Both the position numbers and the translations under genes were made by a program. The notes beneath the pieces were generated by a model, which was given only the letters and a program-made list of their open reading frames with translations, was not told where the DNA came from and searched no databases. From Eledone cirrhosa (taxonomy: Eukaryota), in NCBI GenBank assembly GCA_964016885.1, contig OZ024763.1, positions 18,848,001-18,912,000 of the forward strand: DNA of 64,000 bases, given 5' to 3'. Below are positions 42,778 through 54,084 of the stretch, one piece after another (position 1 is the stretch's first letter; each line of letters begins with the position of its first letter).

Positions 42778-43505
42778 ATTGCGGGGTCGATGGGGTAAAG
42801 TACCAGTGGTGCGCTGGGGACGATTGCTGGCCTTGTGCCCCCCAAAGGTGGAGGCAATTATTGCGGGGGTCGATAGAATAGAGTACCGGTGGTGCACTGG
42901 GGTGGTTGCTGGCCTTGTTCCCCCGGAAGTGGAGGCAATTATTATGGGGTTGATGAAATAGGGTACCAGTGGTGCACTGGAGGTGACTGCTGGTCTTGTG
43001 CCCCCTAAGGTGGAGACAGTTATTGCGGGGTCGATAAAATAGGGTGCCAGTGGTACACTGGGGTGACTGCTGCCCTTGTGCCCCCTAAGGTGGAGACAGT
43101 TATTGCGGGGTTGGTGAAATAGGGTGCCAGTGGTGCACTGGGGTGATTGCTGCCCTTGTGCGCCCTAAGGTGGAGACAGTTATTGCGGGGTCAATAAAAT
43201 AGGGTGCCAGTGGTGCACTGGGGTGATTGCTGCCCTTGTGCGCCCTAAGGTGGAGACAGTTATTGCGGGGTCAATAAAATAGGGTGCCAGTGGTACACTG
43301 GGATGATTGCTGGGCTTGTGCCCCCTAAGGTGGAGACAGTTATTGCGGGGTCGATAAAATAGGGTGTCAGTGGTACACTGGGGGGTGATTGCTGGCCTTG
43401 TGCGCCCTAAGGTGGAGACAGTTATTGCGGGGTCGATAAAATAGGGTGCCAGTGGTACACTGGAGGTGATTGCTGGCCTTGTGCCCCCTAAGGTGGAGAC
43501 AATTG
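42778..43505 (+). repeat. 80-bp tandem array (~9 units) of the SINE C 3' end, A>G hypermutated
   Basis: Aligns to 27626-27700 with ~10 A>G changes per unit. Confidence 0.88.
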
Positions 43506-43553
43506 TTATATTTTATAGTTTTTGTTGTTGTTATCTTTTCCTGCCTCCTACAG

Positions 43554-43931
43554 TGTCAACGTTGTCCGAGTCGTAGCCACGGCCACCTCGGACACCCCCG
43601 AGGAGCAGGCTAGCCTGGAAAATCTACAGCAGTCCTGGGAAGATATCTCGAGGGTCGTTCTCCAGCGCGATCTCACCTACCCTGTTTACTTCGGACACAT
43701 CAAGGACAAAAACCCAGAAAATGCACCGACAGAGAACTGGGCCAAGTCCAATCGGTACATTATCCTGTTGGTTATTATTGTCAGCTTGATTGTAGCATTC
43801 GTTGTCCTGGCGGCCATCTTGATTGTAGCATTCGTTGTCCTGGTGGCCATCTTGATTGTAGCATTCGTTGTCCTGGCAGCCATCTTGATTGTAGCATTCG
43901 TTGTCCTGGCGGCCATCTTGATTCTAAGACG
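43554..43931 (+). pseudogene. Transmembrane exon of the EGF gene fragment with a 33-bp unit repeated 4x
   Basis: cctacag| phase 2 (fits GA|gtgact at 42314); VNVVRVVATA...YIILLVIIVS(LIVAFVVLAAI)x4 LILRR |gtatgt. Confidence 0.75.
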
Positions 43932-44150
43932 GTATGTAGTGTTATATATATTATCTTAATATCTTAATATCTATGTATGTATATATGTGTATGTATGTAT
44001 ATGTCAAAGGGCAAAGGAGCTCTTAAGAGTCAATGGCCATCCAAAATCACCGGGAGAGATGACTTCTTAGCCTTTGTGAGAGATTAAACCTGGAAGATAG
44101 GATACAAAGATAGGGAGAGAGATAGAAGGGTGGAGTGATGATAGAGAGAG

Positions 44151-44198
<48 letters not shown>

Positions 44199-44199
44199 G

Positions 44200-44233
<34 letters not shown>

Positions 44234-44234
44234 G

Positions 44235-44290
<56 letters not shown>

Positions 44291-44292
<2 letters not shown>

Positions 44293-44875
44293 CAAGTATC
44301 CCAGTACAACCTGTCTGATGGTCGGGTCGTTGGTGACTAAACTGGCAACCCCACCAAGGTTTCTTGGTGAGGAGGGTGACTTTGGACATCCTGCAGGACT
44401 AAAAACAAAACATCTCAAAGGGCAAAGGAGCTCTTAAGAGTCAATGGCCATCCAAAATCACCGGGAGAGATGACCCCTTAGCCTTTGTCAAGGCAGAATT
44501 CTAGGAGAAGGAAAACTCTGATATAACACCGGCAACCCTGATGGTATCCAATGATGTTGACTTGTTCTTCTTTTTGGTAAATATCATCTTGGTTAAGAGA
44601 GTGGGACTGGCTTTGCTCAGTGCCTTTACTCACTATAAAAGCTTCACGGCACAGGCATTGCTTTATATCTGGAGATCTCTCTGCACTTGTCGTCACATGC
44701 TACCATGGGCCCAGCACTATGTGTCAATAATTGTCACAAGTGTAGTGTTTGTACCAGAGATTTCAAGTCGCTGGCTGGACTAAAAAGTCACTCGTTCAGC
44801 GCATCGGTGGGGGTTCCCTTACATGGATATAAAGTAGTGGCCGTACTCGAAAACGAGTTGGCAGCCACCACCATA
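44291..44875 (+). mobile_element. Internally deleted RTE-type element (5'UTR-like part + C2H2 3' end); partial duplicate at 44003-44080
   Basis: GAAGGAAAACTCTGATAT motif typical of RTE 5'UTRs; HKCSVCTRDFKSLAGLKSH zinc finger; ACTCG-AAAA-CGAGT stem before the tail. Confidence 0.55.
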
Positions 44876-45383
44876 TATGTGTATATGTATGTACATATAT
44901 ATGTATATACGTGTATATCTAAGTACATATATGTATATGTGCATGCATATATATATGTATATGCACACACACACATATATGTGTGTATGTGTGTGTGCAT
45001 GCATATATGTATACATATGTGAGCATGTACATATGTTTATATATGAATACAGATGTATATATATGTATGTATATATTTATGTAAATATTTATATAAGTAG
45101 GAAACAGGTTTTTTTTCAAACATGTTGAAAAAAATATGTGATGGTTATGTCATCATATTTATATGCATCCGTATGTTGAAATATGAATGACAGCTGTGAC
45201 ACGCTAAGCCATCAAAAATTAAGTAAGAATTATTTAATAATGAATAACGAAACGATGTTAAGGCTTCTACAGGCCAATAAGCTGTGAGCGGAGTGGGATG
45301 AGGTTTCTAGGAGTTTTCATACAACATAGCGCATGCGTTAAGGAAAGCTACTGCAGATCTGTATTTTTCAAAAAGATAGAGCG

Positions 45384-45446
<63 letters not shown>

Positions 45447-45698
45447 AGAGGCTTAGCTCTGTTTCTTGAACGCTGTATCACGTGATAAGTTCCCCCTCCG
45501 CCTTTCGGGATTTTATCTACGGACGTGTTTTGAAACTCTAAATGAGGTATTCTCTTGATAAGTCGGCAAACCTCACAAAAATACTGCATCTCTATGATGT
45601 AATGTTTTTGCATAATAGCCACGAAACTACGTAGTCGAGGATAATGAAGGAATTTAGTTATATTATATCTTTTTATTTATATCTAATGTTTCTTCTTT

Positions 45699-45752
<54 letters not shown>

Positions 45753-45767
45753 AAATGTGTATATATG

Positions 45768-45813
<46 letters not shown>

Positions 45814-45915
45814 AATGTGTATATCTGTATATATATATATTAAAATAACAGATTAAAGTTTAAGCAAAGAATCGCTGCTTTCACCCTTAACGGGATCTTC
45901 TGTATGTATATGTAG

Positions 45916-45945
<30 letters not shown>

Positions 45946-45946
<1 letters not shown>

Positions 45947-48900
45947 GTTCTTCTGGTTTTATAATTTCACAAAGTTTTACCAATAGAGAGAGAGTCGGTT
46001 TCTAACATAGACACAAGACTCTCTCATTGGAATTTACTCAACATCAACTAGGTAGATATGTCTGCATGCATGCATGTGTAGATATGGATGTTATTGTATG
46101 TGTGGATGTGTATGTTTTGAGTTGTATGTGTGCATGTGTATATGCTTTGTATCTGTACATGTGTATATGCAATTATTAGATGTAAAATTTTTGGAATGTT
46201 TTACATATTTTTACTGTTCCATTAATGGATTGTACTTGTAATTTCCTAACTAGTTGTGTTTTTTCTGTTCCTGTGAAGCCTAGCTTCTCAAGATTTGTAT
46301 TGAGGCAGTTACTAACATATCCCAGTGCCCCAATAATCACAGGCATAAATCTGAAGGTGTAATCAGGGTGGAGTCTCTGCAGATTTCTCATCAGTTCTGC
46401 ATAAATATTCTCCTTTTCACTAATCTTTGATATTATATTGGCATCTGCTGGACAGCTAATTTCCACTACTGTGCATGATTTCTTCTCCCTGTCCCATATC
46501 ATAATATCTAGTCTGTTGTGCCTGCATTTTATTGGGTTTTTTACTGGAACATTCCACCAGTACTCTTTCATATTATGTACATGGATGTCTTCCACATTGT
46601 TGTAGCTTTTAATGTGTTTATTATCGGGGCTATCTTTTTTACGAACTGCATTGTACAGTGTTTTGGCCACTACATCATGCCTCATAGGTAGATAGTACCG
46701 CGATGACATCTTTGGGCAGCTGCTGATGACATGGGTGATATCCTCGATGTGAGTTCTGCAGAGTCTGCACTTGTTATCACATCTAGGTATTTTGCCTGCA
46801 TCCCTATCTCTTTTGTGAATCAGGTATTTCGTGCTAATCTCCTGTTCTTGGATTGCAAAAGCGTATCCTTCAAAGTGGGAGCCAATATAGCGGTTGTTGG
46901 TCCAAGATAGACTACTTTCCTTATCTATATTACTCTCACTCTGGAGCTTCCTGGCAACATATCCATGCATGATTTTTTGCTGATAGGCATGCAGTTTTTC
47001 ATCCATGGATTCGCTGCGATACTGCTGAGCGACATCCCTGGGTGTGAGGTTTTGATTATCACACAGGGAATATCTCTCAAGGAATTCCTTCCCAACTCTC
47101 ATGATCTTATCTGTTTCGTGCAGATAGACTTGCTCGAGAAGCGGGCTCCTACGCTTCGGGGTTCGTAGATGTTGTCGGAGAGATATGATGCGACATTCAA
47201 ATGTTGTCTGGACTGATGTTAGGCCTCTGCCTCCCTGCTTACGTTTCAAGTAAAGGCGGTCTATGTCACTGTTGATGTGGAAGTTTCCGGTGTTGTTCAG
47301 TATTTTTCGTGTTCCAACATCAACTGCTCGGATTTCGTCTATCGTCCAATTGAGTATTCCAAACGTTGGTGTTAGGACAGGCACATCAAACACATTGTGA
47401 GCCACTGTTTTGTTTTGCGCAGAGAGTTCCGATGACCAGATCTTTCTTAATCGGGTGTAGTATTCCCTGGTTACGCGTTCTTTATTACAGATACCATTAT
47501 AGGATATGTTCTCATCTATCCCCAGGTATCTGTAGCAGTCCTCATCAGATATCGGTGAAACAGTTAGACCATTGACGACAATGTTACTAGATTGGGTTGT
47601 TGTTTTTCCCCGCTTTACAGTCATGTATGAGCATTTATCTTGGCCAAACTCCATTCCTATATCCTTTGAGAACGTTGTAACCAGGTCAAGATTTTTCTTC
47701 ATCCCATCCATGTTCTTGGCATAGAGTTTCAGATCGTCCACAAAGAAGTTATGGGTTAGGTTCGTATTTCTGTCCTCCTGTGAGCCAATGATGTATCCCT
47801 CACATTTCTTGAGCAGAAAGGACAAGGGGTTTAATGACAAGATGAACAATATCACAGAGAGACTGTCCCCCTGAAATATACCTCTGCAATATTTTATTTT
47901 ATCAGTGAAAATAGAGTCCTCCCTCTCTGTCTTTAACCTTAGGATAGTAGCCCAAGAAGAAGACAGCCTCTCTATGGCTCTGACAATAATGTCTGGGACT
48001 TTAGAAAGTTGGAGGGCCTTTATCATCCAAGAGTGGGGAACAGAATCGAAAGCTTTCTTGTAGTCCAGCCAGACTGTAGTCATATTCCTCCTAAGTTGTC
48101 GCACCTCCGACATCGCAGTTTTGTTGATTAGGAGTTGTTCAGCACATCCCCAAATCCTTTTCTTTCCAGCTGCTTGTTCATCTGTGATGATGTTATTATT
48201 TTCACAGTGATCTTGGAGGAATAGGTTGAGGCAGGCTGTATACATCTTATACATCAGGTTCTGGCATGCAATGAGTCGGTAGTTTTTTGCCAAGTGGGTG
48301 TCTTTGTTCTTGGGGACCAGTAACGTTTGTGCTAATGTCAACCATTCTGGTATAAGTGTATCTCCCTTAAGAACTTGTTGGTAGAGGTCAGTAAGATACC
48401 TCCGATAGAATATTAGTTTTTTGTACAAGTAGCCGACAATCATGTCTCTTCCTGGTGTTTTCTTATCTTGGAGTTTTCCTATCACAGTCTCAAGGGTACC
48501 CTCACTTATTTCGTATGTTTTTGTTGTAGTGTAGGAGCAATAGTTCTTTCGGATTTCTCTTAGCCACACTGCATCTTGGTTGAAATTCTTCTTTTCACCC
48601 CATATTTTTCTCCAAAAGGAATCTATATCTTTCTGGGATGGGGCCTCAGTGACACTTATTATTTTTCCCTTCATATCTCTATAGACTGATGTTTAGTTTC
48701 GTCTGAATCTTTTATTAAGCATTTTTCTCTCATCTACCTTCTTTAGGTATCGGCGTTTTTCGCTAACAGCTCTCAATTCTTGTTTGAGGGTGATCAGCTT
48801 ATATTGGAGAGTTCTGGTTCTACTGTTACCAAACATCGTCTCTATTTTATTTTTCACTCTTTGTTGGTGAGGAGTGAGGTTTTTTTGTGTTTGTTTGCAT

Positions 48901-50052
48901 GTAAGGAGCATAAACACATGTCCTATGTTTTTTGTAGGTCAGCAGTATTTTTTTCTATTTTAGTTATATATGGTATTTTTGGTGGTGTTTTGTTCTTGTT
49001 AATATCTCTACTATCACCAAGATAATGCTTCACTGTCGTTGCTAAGGCATATAAACAGGCGTTGATTTGCCAAAATGTTGGGGTTTTTATCCGTCGTAAA
49101 TATTCATCCCCTATTTCGTCAATAACACGTAGTATTTCATTATTTGGTTTTTTATTCACCATTGTCATTTTAACACGTTCAGCCAGAGAGATATTTATAC
49201 ATGAGTTAATTTCTCTCTGGAAGATTTCGTTGGGGGAAACTTTCAATTGTTTATACTTTTCATTATCATTATCGATAGTATTTTCCACAACAGTCGAGGT
49301 AGACTCGGATGGTACACGTGGTGTCACATTTATTCGATTATTATTATTATTTCTTCAATTATTATTATTATCGATAGTGTTTTCCCCAGCATTCGAGGTA
49401 GACTTAGATGGTACAGTCATAGTTATTTCAAGGCGCTGTTCGACCTGGCTGCTAGGAAGTCCAGTAGCATGGCGATCTGTAGCACGTGTTGTTGATTCCA
49501 TGTTTGTTGTGAGGGACTTACAATTAATAATATTTATCTTATTTTTACGTTCAACAAACGTCGCTTGTTGGCGTAATTGTTTCGCTGTGAAATAATTTAG
49601 CTCTGGGTGCATTTTGTCCCAGTGTAGCTTCATTCTATTCATATAGCCAATGGAGGGATTGTTTTTTGCCATTTTATAACAATTAAATAAATCATCATTA
49701 AGTTCGCAACTCCAAGAGAAATGCGATTTATAATTTCGGTTTCTTCTGTAGCTACAACTGAATAAAGTTTGATTACCTTCTTTGTTATTTGTCTTCGATA
49801 CTTCCTTAATTTTCTTGTTGATGTGTTCAGCCATGCTGTTTGTAGCAAATCCTTGTAAAATGAATTATGTATTTAGTCAGATATCTCTACGAATTCGAAT
49901 AAAAGGTGTCTTCAGAAGGGATAGTTAGAAGAATAACCAGTTATTCAACCTGGCTGTAGTTGTGGCATTACTGTCGGAGATAGTATTCATCTTAAATTTA
50001 ATAAATAGTCTCCCACGCCAAAATATGCGACTGATCGCGTTGACTGATGGAA
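45946..50052 (-). mobile_element. Near full-length R4/Dong-clade non-LTR retrotransposon (RT + RLE), decayed
   Basis: N-terminal W...N..L..CY...GYMNRMK..W...HP; RT motifs WLDYKKAFDSVPH, GIFQGDSLS, FFVDDLKLY, YRYLG; CRLC..H..SSC; RLDIMIWD..VEISCP; the N-terminal third is broken by stops/frameshifts; (CATA)n at both ends. Confidence 0.95.
46176..48674 (-). CDS. 832-aa open remnant of the Dong/R4 ORF (reverse transcriptase, CCHC, restriction-like endonuclease)
   Basis: Uninterrupted ORF in the track with the motifs above; endonuclease PD is changed to LD. Confidence 0.85.
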   Translation of the reverse strand: MKGKIISVTEAPSQKDIDSFWRKIWGEKKNFNQDAVWLREIRKNYCSYTTTKTYEISEGTLETVIGKLQDKKTPGRDMIVGYLYKKLIFYRRYLTDLYQQVLKGDTLIPEWLTLAQTLLVPKNKDTHLAKNYRLIACQNLMYKMYTACLNLFLQDHCENNNIITDEQAAGKKRIWGCAEQLLINKTAMSEVRQLRRNMTTVWLDYKKAFDSVPHSWMIKALQLSKVPDIIVRAIERLSSSWATILRLKTEREDSIFTDKIKYCRGIFQGDSLSVILFILSLNPLSFLLKKCEGYIIGSQEDRNTNLTHNFFVDDLKLYAKNMDGMKKNLDLVTTFSKDIGMEFGQDKCSYMTVKRGKTTTQSSNIVVNGLTVSPISDEDCYRYLGIDENISYNGICNKERVTREYYTRLRKIWSSELSAQNKTVAHNVFDVPVLTPTFGILNWTIDEIRAVDVGTRKILNNTGNFHINSDIDRLYLKRKQGGRGLTSVQTTFECRIISLRQHLRTPKRRSPLLEQVYLHETDKIMRVGKEFLERYSLCDNQNLTPRDVAQQYRSESMDEKLHAYQQKIMHGYVARKLQSESNIDKESSLSWTNNRYIGSHFEGYAFAIQEQEISTKYLIHKRDRDAGKIPRCDNKCRLCRTHIEDITHVISSCPKMSSRYYLPMRHDVVAKTLYNAVRKKDSPDNKHIKSYNNVEDIHVHNMKEYWWNVPVKNPIKCRHNRLDIMIWDREKKSCTVVEISCPADANIISKISEKENIYAELMRNLQRLHPDYTFRFMPVIIGALGYVSNCLNTNLEKLGFTGTEKTQLVRKLQVQSINGTVKICKTFQKFYI

Positions 50053-50119
50053 TGTATGTATGTATGTATGTATGTATGTATGTATGTATGTATGTATGTA
50101 TGTATGTATGTATATGTAC

Positions 50120-50310
50120 CGGCCCCCAAAGCACCCAATCCACACTGTAAATGTGGTTGGCGCTAGGAAGTGCATCCAGCTGTAGAAAACCAGCCAGAAA
50201 CAGTCCTATATGAGTGAGATACGGTCACCCGACCCAACTTGCCTCTAAATGGGACAAACTTGTCTAATCCATGCTAACGTGGACAAAAGACAGTAATCGA
50301 TGATGATGAT
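50120..50310 (+). mobile_element. SINE family B 3' part
   Basis: GTGGTTGGCGCTAGGAAGTGCATCCAGCTGTAGAAA; (GAT)n tail. Confidence 0.75.
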
Positions 50311-50415
50311 ATATATATATATATATATATATATAGTAATAATAATAAATTTGAAGACTGAAATCCAAAGAGGATAAATATATATCAAATATATAAGAAC
50401 CGTAGAGCAAATATT

Positions 50416-50552
50416 TATTAAAATAACAGATTAAAGTTTAAGCAAAGAATCGCTGCTTTCACCCTTAACGGGATCTTCTGAAACTAAAGAAGATTCAGAA
50501 GATCCCGTTAAGGGTGAAAGCAACGATTCTTTGCTTAAACTTTAATCTGTTA

Positions 50553-50560
<8 letters not shown>
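50416..50560. repeat. 67-bp-arm palindrome of a (TA)n-inserted element
   Basis: Arms 50416-50482 and 50494-50560, one mismatch. Confidence 0.9.
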
Positions 50561-50598
<38 letters not shown>

Positions 50599-50938
50599 TT
50601 TTGAGTTTATGTTGGTTGTATACCAACACCTCAGTCTGCAGGCTGGAGCACTCGACGAAGTACGCAGGTTGGTGTTCCTTTAACACCTTGTCCCTTCTAC
50701 CATTTTATCAATTTTTAAGCTAACTCCAACAATAACAACACTTAGAATGAGGAATGTTCTAATAACTGACCAATGAGAGGAGAAGAGGACCTTTAGCACT
50801 GAAATTCGTTTGTTTGAATTCATATGACTCCAGTTCCTCAGTGAATTAACAACCCAACAAGGAACTGGGCATATCAGAGTATTGACAATATCATACACCT
50901 AAACAACATATGTACTTGTCTATACCATACTAATTCAA

Positions 50939-50993
50939 ACTGCCTGAAGAGGTCACAGCCAAAGATGGCTGTCACTGAAATATATATAGCAGT
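50939..50993 (+). ncRNA. Type I hammerhead ribozyme motif at the 3' end of a probable Penelope remnant (~50597-51040)
   Basis: ACTGC-CTGAAGA-GGTCACAGCC-AAAGAT-GGCTGTCACT-GAAA-TATATA-TA/GCAGT, immediately followed by AATAAA. Confidence 0.8.
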
Positions 50994-51037
50994 AATAAAC
51001 GAAGCTAAATTTTAATCATTTGACTTTTATTTAACTT

Positions 51038-51077
<40 letters not shown>

Positions 51078-51079
<2 letters not shown>

Positions 51080-51430
51080 CAAAGTAAGTGTGGTAAGGAA
51101 CCAGATGGACCATAACGCACCAGAGTACTCAATACTTAGGGTAGTAGAGTGGGTAATAGAAAAATGTTTAACCCCGACGGCAGAGCTCAAGCCGTTTCGA
51201 CGGCTATTTCTGGACCTTTAAAAAGGTGTCCTGTTTGTCCTCAATATCCCTGAACCTTGATATGACTTCCTGGGTGCTGACTCAAAGGCCAAGTCTCGCG
51301 TTTTGCTTAACTTTAGGTATAATGCGGTCTAGGATCTTTTTACTGATTCTCCCTGTCCGACTTTGGACATAGGGAGAAATAGCCGTCGAAACTGCTTGAA
51401 CTCTGCCGTTGGGGTTAAACATTTCCCTAT
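51078..51430 (-). mobile_element. Penelope-like element remnant: RT fragment between inverted pseudo-LTRs
   Basis: Minus-strand GRISKKILDRIIPKVKQNARLGL*VSTQEVISRFRDIEDKQDTFLK resembles the PLE RT segment GRISK.ILD.IN...QW.NT..VI.WF. Confidence 0.7.
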
Positions 51431-51713
51431 ATATATATATACAAATATAAATTTAGCGAGAATCGCATTTCGGCGGGTAGAAATTGGCGAAACGCAACTT
51501 CTGTATTGTGCAGACAAGCGCTCCATGGACATGAAGATACCAGAGCTATAAACATAAGTTAAAATGGTGATACAAACTGAAATGATGGTTAAAGAAGCCA
51601 TTAACCACCCTAGCCAAAAAAGCGAACAAGCTAACCGGGTTATTCCGGGTTGAGTCGGAAGTAACCACAGTAAGTAAGGTACTCAATACATAACAGAGTA
51701 TAAATGTTTTAGT

Positions 51714-51805
<92 letters not shown>

Positions 51806-51811
51806 GTGTGA

Positions 51812-52025
51812 AGGCGTGTGGCTAAGTGGTTAGAGAATTGGATTCGCAATCGTAAGGTTGTGAGTTCGATTCCTGGACCAGGCGATGCGTTATGTCCTTG
51901 AGCAAGACACTTTATTTCACGTTGCTCCTTCTATCTAGAGTTGCGACCGATAGATAGTATTAGCAATTGGAAAGACCAACGGAAACATTGTTCCCTCGGT
52001 CCGATTTGACGAAAGTCGATCGTTC
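51812..52025 (+). mobile_element. SINE family D
   Basis: A/B boxes; matches 34982-35185. Confidence 0.85.
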
Positions 52026-52067
<42 letters not shown>

Positions 52068-53024
52068 AGATTGACGGGTGTACCTATATATTTTCTTTCT
52101 GTTTGTGATTATGTGTATATATATATATATATACGTGTGTGTGTGTGTGTGTTCGTGCAAGTAAACTCCCTGACACAATCTCACATGTTTAGGTTTGACT
52201 CCATGATTAAATCTACGCCACGCCAGGCCTCGGCTACAGACAGGAAATCGTCGTCTCACTCAAACACATATATCAATAGACACATACACACAATCATACA
52301 CATACATACATATATCAATACCTATAGACACATACACACATACTGACATACACATATATCAATACCTATAGACATATACACACATACAGACGACACACAC
52401 ATATATCAATACCTATAGACATATACACACATACAGACACACACATATATCAATACCTATAGACATATACACACATACAGACGACACACACATATATCAA
52501 TACCTATAGACATATACACACATACAGACACACACATATATCAATACCTATAGACATATACACACACACAGACATATATCAAAGCCTATAAACAGACACA
52601 CACATATATCAAAGCCTATAGACACATACACACATACATCTACACATATATAAATATCTATAGACACATACACACATACAGACACACACATATATCAATA
52701 CCTGTAGACATATACACACACACACAGATATATATCAAAGTCTATAGACACATACACACATACAGACACACACATATATCAATACCTGTAGACATATACA
52801 CACACACACAGATATATATCAAAGTCTATAGACACATACACACATACAGACACACACATATATCAATTCCTGTAGACATATAGACACACACACACACAGA
52901 TATATATCAAAGTCTATAGACACATACACACATATCGACACACACATATATCAATACCAGTAGACATATACGCACATATATCAATACCCACATACACACA
53001 TACATCTACACTCATACACAAAAG

Positions 53025-53075
<51 letters not shown>

Positions 53076-53236
53076 GATACATACATACGTACATACATAC
53101 ATAAATATAAATATATATACACGCAAAAAAATGTATACACATTTTCATTATCTTTCAGGCAATATTTATGAGAATGCTGTTGAAGTGTGTATATATATTT
53201 TTGGGGACAACCTGTATGTATATATATATATATATG

Positions 53237-53310
<74 letters not shown>

Positions 53311-53375
53311 AGTGTGTTTGGGTATTGGGCTTTTATTGGTTTCGACAACAAGTGTTCCAGTTGTTTAAACAACGG

Positions 53376-53454
<79 letters not shown>

Positions 53455-53463
53455 TCTCCCACA

Positions 53464-53663
53464 CACGAGGGTAGGCTGAAAGGTTCATAGGCTGACTATA
53501 AAGAGTGATGCTAGAGCTGTGAAATCTTGCATGCATTAATTTCATCTCTTCTTATTAATAACTGCATTGTTTCTTTCCAGGGACTATGTTGAAAAATAAA
53601 CTTCATTTGGTCATTGCATGAGAGTATCTTGGTCAGACTATGAAGTTTTCAGCCGACCCTCAC
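53464..53663. mobile_element. mariner-type MITE
   Basis: TIRs GAGGGTAGGCTGAAAGGTTCATAGGCTGAC / GTCAGACTATGAAGTTTTCAGCCGACCCTC. Confidence 0.75.
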
Positions 53664-53761
53664 ACGCACACACATATATATATATAGGGTGTCCCCAAAA
53701 ATGTATGCATACTTCAACAGCAAAGTAATCAAAGTGTCGAAACCCTGTGTGTGTGTCTCTA

Positions 53762-53803
<42 letters not shown>

Positions 53804-53913
53804 TATATACACACACATACATACTTTTCACAGCCATACAACTTTTTCTCTCTCCACCCCTATTTCCCCCTCTCTCCTCCCCACCTACTCTCTGTCTGTC
53901 TGTCTGTCTGCAC

Positions 53914-54003
<90 letters not shown>

Positions 54004-54084
54004 TCTCTCTCTCTGTTGTAAAAACAAACCAGAGATAGCGCTATCACTAGACAACAGACAGCACAAGCGAAATACAATTTAACA

